DNA of 64,000 nt from Polyangiales bacterium (GTDB taxonomy: Bacteria; Myxococcota_A; Polyangia; Polyangiales; JADJQN01). The translations under genes were made by a program, and so were the position numbers. Below are positions 10,431 through 20,423 of this stretch, one piece after another (position 1 is the stretch's first letter; each line of letters begins with the position of its first letter). The notes under the pieces are model-generated. The model had not been told where the DNA came from and ran no database searches. It saw only the letters and a program-made list of their open reading frames with translations. The stretch covers positions 64,001 through 128,000 of the forward strand of contig CAXNJO010000011.1 in NCBI GenBank assembly GCA_964202905.1, written 5' to 3'.

Positions 10431-11450
10431 TTACTGGAGCCGCGCGGCGATCTCGAGCGGCGCCTGCCACGCCACGAGCCGTGTCAGCCGCGGCCGGGCG
10501 CCGAGCGCGACGGTGAGCGCGCCTGCGACGCAGGGCTCGAAGCCGTCCTCGGCGAGGGTCGTCTTTTGCACCTCGACGCTCGCCTCGTAGGTGTCGTATT
10601 CGCCCATGTCCCGGAAACGTGAGGTCAGCTTGAGCACCAGCGACGCGCTCGCCTGCCGCTCGTGCCGCAGCTCCCAGTCTTGGATGAAGCAGTCGGCGAT
10701 CGCCTGGCGCGCGGGCTCGCCGAGCACGGCTGCGCGCAGCTCCGGGGAGCCCGGCTGATCGGGCTGCTCGGTGAGGTCGATGGCGAGGTCGATCGCGTCG
10801 ACGGTCGGGCGCGAGGGCGGCGCCGAGAAGAAGCGGTCCGCCGGCTCGGGTCGGTCGAAGCGCGTGAGGTCGAGCCCGTCGTAGCGGAGCCGCCCGAGCG
10901 CGATTTGTGCGTCGGCGCGCTCAGGCGCTCCGGGCAGCGATCGGCGGAAACAGAGATCGGCGGATTTGGCCGCAGTTTCGCGTGCTTCCGGGGTGCGTGC
11001 GGCCCGCAGCGCCGCCGCGGCGGCGCCGCAGAGCAGGCGCGCGGGGATGGGCGCCTCCGCCGCGTCGAAGGCCGCGATCGCCTGCTCGTACGTGCGCCCC
11101 GCGCCCTCGAGATCGCCCGCCTCGACCTGCGCGCGTGCGGCGGCCGCGAGGACCTCGCCGGCGGCGCTCGTGAGCCGGTAGCCGCACACGCCGCGCATGC
11201 AGAGCTGGTCGGTCGGGCAGTCGTCGCGGCCGGTGCACGCCGCGCCCTCGGGCTGCGCGGTGCTCGGCGGCGCAGGCGTGCTCGCGACGAGCGCACGCTG
11301 CTCGGCCTCGGCGCCGGCGCCGGTGTTCGCGAGGCGTCGCCCGCATCCGCCCGCAGCGACGAGGAGCGCGGCGATCGCGAGCGCGCCGTGCGCGGCGTGG
11401 CGTGCGCGGACGAGCACGGCGCGTGGGATGTTGGAGCGGCATTCGCGCAT
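10431..11450 (-). CDS. Hypothetical lipoprotein with Cys-rich module, TPR-like helices and C-terminal alpha/beta domain
   Basis: Lipobox-like LLVAAGGC; CTGRDDCPTDQLCMRGVC; AGDLEGAGRTYEQAI; start uncertain. Confidence 0.7.
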   Translation of the reverse strand: MRECRSNIPRAVLVRARHAAHGALAIAALLVAAGGCGRRLANTGAGAEAEQRALVASTPAPPSTAQPEGAACTGRDDCPTDQLCMRGVCGYRLTSAAGEVLAAAARAQVEAGDLEGAGRTYEQAIAAFDAAEAPIPARLLCGAAAAALRAARTPEARETAAKSADLCFRRSLPGAPERADAQIALGRLRYDGLDLTRFDRPEPADRFFSAPPSRPTVDAIDLAIDLTEQPDQPGSPELRAAVLGEPARQAIADCFIQDWELRHERQASASLVLKLTSRFRDMGEYDTYEASVEVQKTTLAEDGFEPCVAGALTVALGARPRLTRLVAWQAPLEIAARLQ

Positions 11451-11692
11451 GGGGTCGGGCTTTCCGGAGCGGGGTGACGGGCTTCGCGGTCGACGCGGTC
11501 GCACGCGTGCGGGCGCAGCGAGGAGCGCGTCCGAGTCGGTCGCGCTCCGGCCGCGATGGTAGCGCCCGCGCGGGCCTGCGCGCAGCCCCGAACGGCGCGC
11601 GCTGCCCGCGGCCCTGCGGCACGTCCCCCGCGGGCGCACCGACTCGGGGTACGGTTGCCACGTCTGGGGCTCACCCGTACGCTGCCCCGCCG

Positions 11693-13180
11693 ATGCGCGA
11701 TTCGTGGACCGCGGCCAAGGTCGGCCTGCTCGTCGTCGGCGCGCTGGTCGCGAGCTGGCTGGTCTACCGCGCGGTCGACGAGCGCGGTGGCAGCGGTGGC
11801 GGCTACACGGTGTGGGCCGTCTTCGGCGACGCGTCCGGCCTCGTCCCGAAATCCCGCGTGCTCGTCGCGGGCATTCAGGTCGGCTACATCGAGCGCATCC
11901 GCCTCTGGGGCGCGCAGGCGCGCATCGACATCCACGTGCGCGAAGGCGTCGCGCTCCACGACGACGCCCGCGTCGCCAAGCGCACCGCGTCGATCCTCGG
12001 CGAGGCCGTGCTCGCCATCGACCCCGGCTCGCCCACGCGCCCGCAGGTCGCGGATGGCGCGCGGATCGGGACCGCGCAGGAGACGCCGGGCACCGACGCG
12101 ATCCTCGCGAACGTCGCGCGGATCAGCGACGCGGTGCTCGCCGTGACCTTGCAGATGCAGCGCACCTTCGGCACCGACGAGGGCGGCCGGCGGATGAGCG
12201 AGGCGCTCGCGAACCTCTCCTCCGCGCTTGCCGCGATCAACGAGACCATCCGCCAGAACCAGGAGGTCATCGCGCACGCGATCCGCGGCGTCGACGGCAT
12301 CGTGAGCGAGACCGCGCCGCAGCTCGCGCGCATCCTCGAGAACGTCGAGCGCTCGACCGTCCAGATCCACGAGCTGCTCGCCGACAACCGCGGCGAGGTC
12401 GACGAGACGGTCGGCGGCCTCGCCGACACGATGCAGAGCGTGCAGCGCTCCGCGACGGAACTCGAGGGCGTGCTCGCCGACGTCCGCGACGTGACGGGCC
12501 GCACGGCGCGCGGGGAGGGCGCGATCGGGCGGCTGACGAGCGACGAGACGCTGATCGACGAGGTCCAGGGCGTCGCCGAAGGCCTCGGCGACATCGTCGG
12601 CGGCGTGTCGCGCCTGCAGACGATCGTGCAGCTCCGCGCCGACTACAATTTCCTCGCGAACACCATGAAGAGTTACGTGCAGCTGCGCCTGCAGCCGCGC
12701 GAAGATCGCTACTACTACATCGAGCTCATCAACGATCCGCGCGGCCTCACGACCTACGAGCAGAGCGAGATCATCCGCAGCCCGCCCGCGGACGGCGAGC
12801 CTGCCGTCCAGCAGGTCAACACCGTCACGACGCGCGACGCGTTCCGCTTCTCGCTCGGTCTCGCCAAGCGGATCGAGTTCGCGACGTTCCGATTCGGCGT
12901 GATCGAGTCGACCGGTGGCGTCGGCCTCGACCTGCACTTCATCGACGACGACCTCGAGGTGACGACGGATGTGTTCGGGTTCGGCGAGCGCGCCTACCCG
13001 CGGATGCGCACGAACCTCGCCTTCCAGATCGTGTCGCGCCTCTGGATCCTCGGCGGCGTCGACGACTACCTCAACTCGAGCCGCGACTTCTATCTCGGCG
13101 CCGCGCTGCGCTTCAACGACGAGGACCTCATCGCGATCCTCGCGGCCGGCGGCGGATCACTCGCGGGCGCGGGGAACTGA
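11693..13180 (+). CDS. MCE/MlaD-family protein with long helical region and beta-rich C-terminus
   Basis: N-terminal TM AKVGLLVV; MCE motifs FGDASGL..SRVLVAGIQVGYI and SILGE..LAIDPG; heptad-rich middle; GEGAIGRL. Confidence 0.88.
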   Translation: MRDSWTAAKVGLLVVGALVASWLVYRAVDERGGSGGGYTVWAVFGDASGLVPKSRVLVAGIQVGYIERIRLWGAQARIDIHVREGVALHDDARVAKRTASILGEAVLAIDPGSPTRPQVADGARIGTAQETPGTDAILANVARISDAVLAVTLQMQRTFGTDEGGRRMSEALANLSSALAAINETIRQNQEVIAHAIRGVDGIVSETAPQLARILENVERSTVQIHELLADNRGEVDETVGGLADTMQSVQRSATELEGVLADVRDVTGRTARGEGAIGRLTSDETLIDEVQGVAEGLGDIVGGVSRLQTIVQLRADYNFLANTMKSYVQLRLQPREDRYYYIELINDPRGLTTYEQSEIIRSPPADGEPAVQQVNTVTTRDAFRFSLGLAKRIEFATFRFGVIESTGGVGLDLHFIDDDLEVTTDVFGFGERAYPRMRTNLAFQIVSRLWILGGVDDYLNSSRDFYLGAALRFNDEDLIAILAAGGGSLAGAGN

Positions 13181-13188
13181 GCGGCGCG

Positions 13189-14082
13189 GTGGCGGTCCCC
13201 GGCGAGGAGCCCGTGCGCAGAGCGGCCGCGGCGGTGGTGAGCACCGCGAGCCAGGTGGCGGCCTCCGCGCGGCGCGACGTCGCGGCCCCCGTGGGACGCA
13301 GCGTGATCGGTTTCTGGCGCGGGCTGACCTACCCCTTCCGCGGCGCGCGCTTCGTGTACCTGCAGCGGCCAGGGCTCGTGCGGTATTGGGGCGCGCCGGT
13401 GCTCCTCACGCTGCTCGCGGCGGCGGGGATCGTGTGGGGCGCCGTCGCCGCGCGCGACGCGATCGTCGAGGCGGTGTGGGCGGCGCCCGCGGGCGAAGGC
13501 TTCTGGGCCGATGCGCTGCGGGTGCTGCACGCCGCGCTCGAGTGGCTCGTCGCCCTCGGGCTCGCGCTCGGCGGCCTCGTCGTGCTGAGCCTCGCGACGA
13601 GCCTCATCGCCGCGCCCTTCAACGACGCGCTCAGCGAGGCCGTCGAGGAGCACGTGACGGGGACGCCTGGCGCCCCGCTTTCCCTCGAGGTCCTCGTGCG
13701 CGACGCCATCCGCACGGTGCTGCTCGAACTCACGAAGCTCGCGCTCTACGCGGCCGTGATGGGGCCGCTCTTCGTCGCCTCGCTCTTCGTCCCCGTGCTC
13801 GGGCAGGCCGTCTACGCGGTGCTCGGCTTCGCGTTCACGGCCCTCTATTTCAGCGTCGACTACATCGACTGGCCCGCGTCGCGCCGCAACCGCGGGCTGC
13901 GTGCCCGCGCCGCCGTCGTGCGGCGGCATTTCTGGCCGATGTTCGGGTTCGGGACCGGGGTGTGGCTCTTTCTCTTCGTGCCCTTCGTGAACCTGCTCTT
14001 CATGCCCGCCGCGGTCGCGGGCGGGACGCTGCTCTTTCTCGACCTCGAGCGCGCGGCGACGGTCGCCGACGAGCCCGTGTGA
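13189..14082 (+). CDS. EI24/CysZ-like membrane protein
   Basis: GFWRGLTYPFRG, LIAAPFNDALSEAVE, VDYIDWPASRR, VPFVNLLFMPAAVAGGTLL; start uncertain. Confidence 0.82.
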   Translation: MAVPGEEPVRRAAAAVVSTASQVAASARRDVAAPVGRSVIGFWRGLTYPFRGARFVYLQRPGLVRYWGAPVLLTLLAAAGIVWGAVAARDAIVEAVWAAPAGEGFWADALRVLHAALEWLVALGLALGGLVVLSLATSLIAAPFNDALSEAVEEHVTGTPGAPLSLEVLVRDAIRTVLLELTKLALYAAVMGPLFVASLFVPVLGQAVYAVLGFAFTALYFSVDYIDWPASRRNRGLRARAAVVRRHFWPMFGFGTGVWLFLFVPFVNLLFMPAAVAGGTLLFLDLERAATVADEPV

Positions 14083-14166
14083 ATCCCCGCGCGTTGCCCC
14101 CCGTCCGACGCCGCGGCACGTGCCGGAGCACCGTGTGATAAGGTCGCGCGCACACTGGAGGATGGG

Positions 14167-15150
14167 ATGAAGAAGGCCGTCGTCGTCGCCATGGTCGCGA
14201 GTCTCGTTGTGCTCGCTCTCGCCGGGGAGGCCGCCGCACAGCGGCGCCGTGGGCCGCGTGGGCGCCGCGCCGCCGCCGCTGCACCCGCGGCACCTCCAGA
14301 GGCCCCGATGAGCGAGGCCATCTCGCCCGCCATGGGTGATCTGCGTTGGGGCATGACCCGCGCCGAGGTGCTCAATTTCTTCCAGGGTCAGATCCGCGAG
14401 GCCTACCGTCCGCGCCTCGCGAAGGCGACGGGCGCCATCGAGGAAGACCGCCTCCGCGCCGAGATGGGCGACGAAATCCGCCGACTGCGCGAGAGCGAGG
14501 TCTGCTTCCGCGGGAACCGCACGGGCTGGGATGCCTCGTTCATCCGCGACGAATTCACGCACAACAACAGCGAATGCCTGCTCGTGAAGAACGACGGCAA
14601 CAGCCAGAACTTCTACTTCTTCATCAACGCGAAACTCTGGAAGTGGTACAAGGCCTTCAACGCTGAGGTCTTCCAGGGGCAGGACTTCGCGCAGTTCAGC
14701 CAAGCGCTGCAGACGCGCTACGGCGCCGCGCGCCAGGCGAGCGGCGAGCTCGTCGCGGGCAGCGGGTCGCGCCAGTGGCTCGAGTGGCAGGACGTGGCGA
14801 CGCGCCTCCGCGCCGTCGACCAGACGCGCTTCTACGGCTTCTTCTGCCTCGTCTTCGAAGAGAAGGCGACGCTCGGCAACCTCGCGACGCTCCGCCGCAA
14901 CGCGCAGCCGGCGCGCGACGGGCGTCACGCCCTCGTCGACGCCGTGACCTCGGGGGAGGGTGAGTCCGCCGCCTCGAATTCCAACGCCGACATCGTCGAT
15001 CGCATCACCGGCAACATCCGCAACCGGCAGGATGCGCCCGCCCCCGCTGCGAATGGACGCAACGGCGCGCGCCCCGCGGGCACGCCGCCTGCGCCCGCCC
15101 CCGCGCGCCCCGCGGCGGGCGCCGATCCGCTCGGTGGCATGGACCTCTGA
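14167..15150 (+). CDS. Hypothetical secreted protein
   Basis: Sec signal ending AGEAAA-Q; LRWGMTRAEV; GGAGG upstream; strong third-position GC bias. Confidence 0.85.
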   Translation: MKKAVVVAMVASLVVLALAGEAAAQRRRGPRGRRAAAAAPAAPPEAPMSEAISPAMGDLRWGMTRAEVLNFFQGQIREAYRPRLAKATGAIEEDRLRAEMGDEIRRLRESEVCFRGNRTGWDASFIRDEFTHNNSECLLVKNDGNSQNFYFFINAKLWKWYKAFNAEVFQGQDFAQFSQALQTRYGAARQASGELVAGSGSRQWLEWQDVATRLRAVDQTRFYGFFCLVFEEKATLGNLATLRRNAQPARDGRHALVDAVTSGEGESAASNSNADIVDRITGNIRNRQDAPAPAANGRNGARPAGTPPAPAPARPAAGADPLGGMDL

Positions 15151-15177
15151 GCGCCGCGCGTCGCGCGGGCTCCCCGT

Positions 15178-15438
15178 TCAAGGGGCCCGCTCGACCCGGA
15201 GCACGAGCCCCGCCACGACCGTGCGCAGAAGCGGCGTGAGCACGTGCGCCGTGGTGACGCCTGAGCCCGGGCAGCCCGCGCAGGCCGCCGTCAACCGCAC
15301 GACGACTTCGGCACCGTGCACCGAGACGAGGTCTACGCCGCCACCGTCGCGCGCGAGGAGGGGGCGCGCGACCTCGCGCAGCAGGGCCTCGATCGCGGCG
15401 GAAGTGGCGTCGTCGTCGCGCAGCGGGGCGTCGGGCAC
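15178..15438 (-). CDS. NifU C-terminal-domain (Nfu) protein
   Basis: RPLLARDGGGVDLV..VVVRLTAACAGCP with CxxC. Confidence 0.85.
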   Translation of the reverse strand: MPDAPLRDDDATSAAIEALLREVARPLLARDGGGVDLVSVHGAEVVVRLTAACAGCPGSGVTTAHVLTPLLRTVVAGLVLRVERAP

Positions 15439-15609
15439 GCGCCGACGCTAGCACGGGCCCACCCGCGCGGGGAGGCCGCGCGCATCGGCAAGCAGTCGGT
15501 CGGCGCAAGACACCTCGCACGCAGGCCCACGGCGCTCGGGATGCGCCCGTTTGACGGCGCGGCGCACCGGTCGCTATGCTGCGCAACTCGCCCGCGCTCT
15601 GGAGGGACA

Positions 15610-16476
15610 TTGGCTCGCTACCGTCTGCGCTTTCTCCTTCAGGAGTTCGACCTCGTCGGCCCGGAGATCCTCATCGGCCGCAGCCCCGACTGCCACATCA
15701 CGATCGAGGACCCGCTCGTGTCGCGCGAGCACACGCGCATCCGCGTGTCCGACGCGGGCGAGGTGAGCGTGGTCGACCTCGGCAGCCGCAACGGCGTCCG
15801 CGTCAACGGTCGCCCCGTGCCGTCGCGGGGCGAGCAGCGGCTGATGGATGGCGACCGAATCCGGCTCGGCACGCAGGAGCTCGTCTTCACCGTGGTCCAG
15901 GGGCGCGAGGCCCCCGCGCGGCCGACGGGCTTCATGCGCATGTGTGCCGCGTGCAACACGCCCTATCCCGAGGGCGCCATGGTCTGTCCGCACTGCGGTG
16001 CGGCGACCTCCGACGACGAAGACACGATGAGCGGCATCGCCGTCGAGCCGCGCCGGAGCTGGACCTTCCACCTCCTCGGTGAGGTGATCGAGCGCGCGCT
16101 CGCGACGCGCCGTGCGGTCGAGGCCGATCGACTCCTCCGCCGTGCAGCCCGCGAGGTCGACGAACGCCTCGCCGCGGGCGACCAAATCGACACGGTCCAC
16201 GTCACCCTGATCGCGGGCTTCGCCGTGCGTCTTGCCGCAATCGCCAGCAACAGCGAATGGCTCGCGTGGACGCTCACGCTGCACACGCGCCAGTCGCTCA
16301 TGGTGTCGGCGCCCGTGCTCGATGCGCTCGAGCAGCTGGACGTCGAAGCGTTTCCGGAGCTCGCGCGCATCGTCGGCGGCTACTGCTCCTGGTACCGCCA
16401 GCACGCCACGAACCCCGACGCCGAGAGCCTCGCGAACCTCGCCCGCCTCGACCTCTTCGCGGCCCGCGGCGCCTGA
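15610..16476 (+). CDS. FHA domain + zinc-ribbon protein (paralog A)
   Basis: IGRSPDC, VSREH, DLGSRNG; CAAC..CPHC; TTG start with GGAGG at 15601. Confidence 0.9.
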   Translation: MARYRLRFLLQEFDLVGPEILIGRSPDCHITIEDPLVSREHTRIRVSDAGEVSVVDLGSRNGVRVNGRPVPSRGEQRLMDGDRIRLGTQELVFTVVQGREAPARPTGFMRMCAACNTPYPEGAMVCPHCGAATSDDEDTMSGIAVEPRRSWTFHLLGEVIERALATRRAVEADRLLRRAAREVDERLAAGDQIDTVHVTLIAGFAVRLAAIASNSEWLAWTLTLHTRQSLMVSAPVLDALEQLDVEAFPELARIVGGYCSWYRQHATNPDAESLANLARLDLFAARGA

Positions 16477-16586
16477 GCCACTGCGGTCGTCCCGCGGCGC
16501 AGGGCACCCGTGACGGGGTGGCGCGCGCTTCCCTTGACGCCGCGGCCCGCGTCGCGTGGGTCATGTCGGGGCACGCCCGGGCGTGA

Positions 16587-17489
16587 TCAGGCGCCGACGA
16601 CGCGTTCGAGGCCGACGAGGCGCTGGAGCAGGAACTTCTCGCGCGCGTTGAAGAGGTCGGACTTCGCCTGCATGGCGGCGACGTACTCCGTGAGCGCTCG
16701 GCTGCCCGGGTGTTTCACCTTCCGCACGAGCGCGTAGAGCATGTCGATCGTCTCGGCGTGCAGGAGCGCACCGGTCGCGGTGTGGAGCTGGAACACCCAA
16801 TCCACCCAGCGCGGCTTGGCCGTCAGTTCGGCGAGGCGGAGCGCGTAGCCGACGGCCTCGTCGGCGCTCGGGGGCGTGCGCCCGGGCGCGGCCTGCGCGC
16901 GTTGCAGCAAGTCCTGGAGCTGCGCGGAGAGGATGCGCTCCGCATCCTCGGGGCGCCCGAGCGCGAGGGCCTTCTCCGCGATGCCCGCGAGCAGGCGGAA
17001 GGGCGAGGCGGGCGCAGTGTCCAGGAGGGAGGCCTCGGGGGGGGACGCGACCGGCGGGAGCGGGACGTCGAGCGTCGGCTGCACCGCGGGATCGACGCCC
17101 ACGGGGTGACCGCAATGCGCGCAGCGCGGCTCGCCCGGTGTGATGGGGAGGTGGCAACTCCTGCACACGATCATCACGCTGGTCGGGCGCTTGTCGCGAT
17201 CGCGGTGCCCGACCTCGAGGAGGACGAGTTCCTGCGAGCCGACGTGGATCGCGTCGAGGTGCTCCAGCGCGACCGCGCCCATGACGCGCTCCCCGTTGAC
17301 GACGATACCGTTGCGGCTGCCGAGGTCCTCGGCGACGACCGCGCTCGCGGAGACGCGGAGCCGAGCGTGCCGGCGCGAGACGAGCGGATCGTCGACGGCG
17401 AGGCTGCACTCGGAGCTGCGGCCGATGACGAAGTCACCCGGCGGCAGCTCGAGATCCGTCGACCGATACCGCAGCCGAAAGCGCGCCAA
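16587..17489 (-). CDS. FHA domain + zinc-ribbon protein (paralog B)
   Basis: IGRSSEC, VSRRH, DLGSRNG; CRSC..CAHC; TTG start. Confidence 0.9.
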   Translation of the reverse strand: MARFRLRYRSTDLELPPGDFVIGRSSECSLAVDDPLVSRRHARLRVSASAVVAEDLGSRNGIVVNGERVMGAVALEHLDAIHVGSQELVLLEVGHRDRDKRPTSVMIVCRSCHLPITPGEPRCAHCGHPVGVDPAVQPTLDVPLPPVASPPEASLLDTAPASPFRLLAGIAEKALALGRPEDAERILSAQLQDLLQRAQAAPGRTPPSADEAVGYALRLAELTAKPRWVDWVFQLHTATGALLHAETIDMLYALVRKVKHPGSRALTEYVAAMQAKSDLFNAREKFLLQRLVGLERVVGA

Positions 17490-17554
17490 AGCGGGCGCAC
17501 GCTATCACAAAAGACAACGGCGGCACCATCGCTGGCGCCGCCGCAGGCTGGATG

Positions 17555-17572
17555 ACTGAATCGTGATTCAGT
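17555..17572. promoter_or_regulatory. Palindromic motif copy 2 (ACTGAAT-CGTG-ATTCAGT)
   Basis: Perfect 7+7 inverted repeat overlapping the stop codon of the upstream gene, about 65 bp before the FHA paralog B start. Confidence 0.7.
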
Positions 17573-18815
17573 TGGAGAGAGCCGCGATCTGGCCGAGCTC
17601 CGTCTCGAGGCGCCCCTGCACTTCGATGGTCTTGTCGAGGAGCGCCTTCAGCTCGGTGAGGCTCGCGCGGTACTGACCGAAGGAGTTCGCCTGCTGGCCG
17701 AGCACGTTGATGCTCGACTGGCCCTCGACGAGGACGACGTACTGGCTCGGCTCGTCCTCGAGGGACTGCCCCGTGTAGATCTTCTTCGTGGCCGCCGCGC
17801 CGCCGCGGTTCGCGCGGACGCTCGCCTCGGTGCGGGGCTGGGGCTGCTCACCCGCCGGGGGGGCTGGAGGCGGATCGACGAACACGAGCGTGCCGACGAG
17901 GGCACCCTCGATGCTGCGCGGGACGAGGCCGTACTGCGTCGACGCGAGCTCGCCCGCCGCTTGCGCCGCGTTGGTCAGCTCGGTGCGCGCGCCCTGGTTG
18001 AGCGTGCGCGCCGAGACCGAGGCGAACTTCTCCCAGAGAAGATTGACGTTGTTGTAGTACTCGAAGAGCGCGTCGACGGTGCCCGGCTGGAAGGCGCCGT
18101 ACTTGCGGCGCGCGAACACGCCGGCCTCGAACGGCTTCTTCAGGCCGCGCAGCTGCTCGACGCTCGCGAAGTCGACGGTGGGCGGGTTGGCGCTCGCCTT
18201 GGCGAGGGCCGTGGTCACGAGCCGCTTCGACTGGTTCACCACGTCGGACGCGGTGTGCACCGAGGCGTAGATCTCCTTGCCGTCGGCGATGACCTGCCCG
18301 CGCAGCCGGTTCTGCTCGACGACGTTGCCCGTGCCGAAGCCGAGCGCGCCGCCGAGCAGGATGCCGAGCGCGAGCACGATGAAGACGCGCCCACGCTGCT
18401 TGCGGCCGATCTCGGCGTCGTCGACGGGCTTCTCGTCGATGACGAGGCGCACCTCGCGCGGGCCCTCGGAATACGAGGGCATGGGCGCGAACGGATCCGC
18501 CGGGCGTGGTGCTGGGGCGGGCGCCGCGGGGGCCGCCGGGGCGGCTGCGGGCTGCATGAAGGGGGGCGGCGCGACCGACGCGAGGCCCGGGGGGGCGCCG
18601 AACATCGGAGGCGGGGTGACCGAGGCTGCGGGCTGCTGCCGCACGTCCGCCGTGGGCGCGAACGAAGGCGGCGGCGCGATGCCCTCGCCGGGTGCACCCT
18701 CACCGCCGAACGCGGGGGCAGGGACCCCCTTCTGCGTCGTCGGGACGATCGTGCGCCCGAGGCGGGCCTTCAGGTCTTTGATGTCTTTCGGCTTCTTCGG
18801 CGGGTCGGCAGACAT
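17568..18815 (-). CDS. Hypothetical single-pass membrane protein
   Basis: Short conserved-looking N-terminus IKDLKARLGRT, Pro-rich region, TM VFIVLALGILLGGALGFG, helical extracytoplasmic part. Confidence 0.85.
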   Translation of the reverse strand: MSADPPKKPKDIKDLKARLGRTIVPTTQKGVPAPAFGGEGAPGEGIAPPPSFAPTADVRQQPAASVTPPPMFGAPPGLASVAPPPFMQPAAAPAAPAAPAPAPRPADPFAPMPSYSEGPREVRLVIDEKPVDDAEIGRKQRGRVFIVLALGILLGGALGFGTGNVVEQNRLRGQVIADGKEIYASVHTASDVVNQSKRLVTTALAKASANPPTVDFASVEQLRGLKKPFEAGVFARRKYGAFQPGTVDALFEYYNNVNLLWEKFASVSARTLNQGARTELTNAAQAAGELASTQYGLVPRSIEGALVGTLVFVDPPPAPPAGEQPQPRTEASVRANRGGAAATKKIYTGQSLEDEPSQYVVLVEGQSSINVLGQQANSFGQYRASLTELKALLDKTIEVQGRLETELGQIAALSN

Positions 18816-18826
18816 GAGTGGGGCGC

Positions 18827-18856
18827 AACGTATCCGCGCATGCGGGGCGCTGTCAA
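18827..18856 (-). promoter_or_regulatory. Putative sigma70-type promoter
   Basis: TTGACA-N18-TACGTT, 11 nt upstream of the ATG at 18815. Confidence 0.6.
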
Positions 18857-18941
18857 CGCCGTCGAGGCGCGTGCGGCGCTTCTCGTGACGCCGCGCCGCG
18901 CGCGTTGCGGCAGGTGCGCGCGGCCCCTAGATTCGCCGCGC

Positions 18942-19835
18942 ATGAAGCCTGTCCGTGTCGAGGAGCGCCGCGTCCCATCGTTCGACGGCACCGAGGTCGC
19001 TTACCACGTCACCGGGGAGGGACCGCCGGTGCTGCTCGCCAACGGGCTCGGCGGCAGCTGGAAGGCGTGGAAACACCAGCTCGCCCATCTCGGGGATCGC
19101 TACCGCTTCGTCAGCTGGGATTACCGGGGGCTCTACCGCTCCGGGCCGCCCGGCGATCGCGACGCGCTCGGCATCGACGCGCAGGTGCGCGACGCGCTCG
19201 CGGTGCTCGACGCCGAGGGCATCGAGCGCACCGCGGTGCTCGGCTGGTCGATGGGCGTGCAGGTCGCGCTCGAGCTGTTCCGCGTCGCGCCGGAGCGCGT
19301 CTCGACGCTCGTGCTCGTGAACGGCGTCGCCGGGCGCCCCTGGGAGACGGTGCTCGACGTCGGCGCGATGCGGCACGTCGTGCCGCGTGCGCTCAGCGCG
19401 GCGCGCGCGGTGCCGGGGCTCGTCGGAGCGGTCACGCGGCGGGTCACCTCGTGGCCCGAGACCGTGGGCTGGGCCAAGCGGCTCGGGCTCGCCGGGCGCA
19501 CGCTCGACGAGGAGTTGTGGGCGGACCTCGCGGGATCGTTCCAGGACCTCGACATGGACGTGTACGTCCGCACGCTCGAGAAGCTCGGTCAGCACGACGC
19601 CTGGCCGACGCTCGCGCACGTCGACGTGCCGACGCTTGTGATCACCGGCGATCGCGACCTCTTCACGCCGCGCAGCGCGGCCGAGCGCATGGTCGCCGCG
19701 ATCCGCGGCGCGGAGCTGCTCGTGGTCCCCGGCGGGACGCACTACGTCGCGGTCGAGTACCCCGAATTGGTGAGCCTGCGCGTCGAGAAGTTCTTCCGCG
19801 AGCGCGGCTGGCCGCCCGCGTCGAGCGCTCCGTGA
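18942..19835 (+). CDS. Alpha/beta fold hydrolase
   Basis: LANGLGG, WDYRG, nucleophile elbow GWSMG, GDRDLF, GGTHY. Confidence 0.92.
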   Translation: MKPVRVEERRVPSFDGTEVAYHVTGEGPPVLLANGLGGSWKAWKHQLAHLGDRYRFVSWDYRGLYRSGPPGDRDALGIDAQVRDALAVLDAEGIERTAVLGWSMGVQVALELFRVAPERVSTLVLVNGVAGRPWETVLDVGAMRHVVPRALSAARAVPGLVGAVTRRVTSWPETVGWAKRLGLAGRTLDEELWADLAGSFQDLDMDVYVRTLEKLGQHDAWPTLAHVDVPTLVITGDRDLFTPRSAAERMVAAIRGAELLVVPGGTHYVAVEYPELVSLRVEKFFRERGWPPASSAP

Positions 19836-20392
19836 GTCCCGCGCGCGTCCCCTCGCGCGGGCCGGTCCGCGCATGGCGTGACGTGATCGTGGCGCTCGCC
19901 GTGGCGCTCGTGGGCGTCGCGGCGTGCGGTCCGCAGGCGCCGACGCCGACCGATCCGCGCGCGCTCCGCAGCGACGGCGAGGCGCTCACGCGGCTGCTGG
20001 CGAGCGACCCGGCGCAGCCCGTCCTCACCGAGATCGACGGCATGATCGAAGACCGCGTCCCGGTGCGGGCCGCCGAGACGGTCCGCGGCGCCGCGCTCCC
20101 GGCCGTGCGGCGGCAGCGCGAGCGGCTCGGCGGCGCGAGCTTGCGGACGGCGGAGGGGAGGGCGCTTCAGGAGCGCGCGGTGCGCGCGTGTCGTCGCCGC
20201 GGCGAAGCGCTCGAGTCGTACGCGGCCGCCCTCGCGCGCGGGGAGGTCGAGGACGACGGGCTCCTCGAGGCCGTGCGCGCCCACCGCGCCGCGGAGGCTG
20301 AGGTGCTCGCCGTGTTCGACGCCGCGCGCGCGCTCGCGCAGCCGGAGCAGGCCGCGCAGGTCGAGGGGGCGCCCGCGCCGCGGAGGCCCTAG
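19832..20392 (+). CDS. Hypothetical lipoprotein
   Basis: GTGA overlap with the upstream gene; lipobox VGVAAC; helical body. Confidence 0.65.
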   Translation: MSPARVPSRGPVRAWRDVIVALAVALVGVAACGPQAPTPTDPRALRSDGEALTRLLASDPAQPVLTEIDGMIEDRVPVRAAETVRGAALPAVRRQRERLGGASLRTAEGRALQERAVRACRRRGEALESYAAALARGEVEDDGLLEAVRAHRAAEAEVLAVFDAARALAQPEQAAQVEGAPAPRRP

Positions 20393-20423
20393 GGCGCCGC
20401 GCAGCGCCTCGGCCGGGACACGC

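Noticed and set aside
17555..17572. Palindrome as parS or an intrinsic terminator
   Set aside because: Differs from TGTTTCACGTGAAACA; the stem is AT-rich and has no U-tract.
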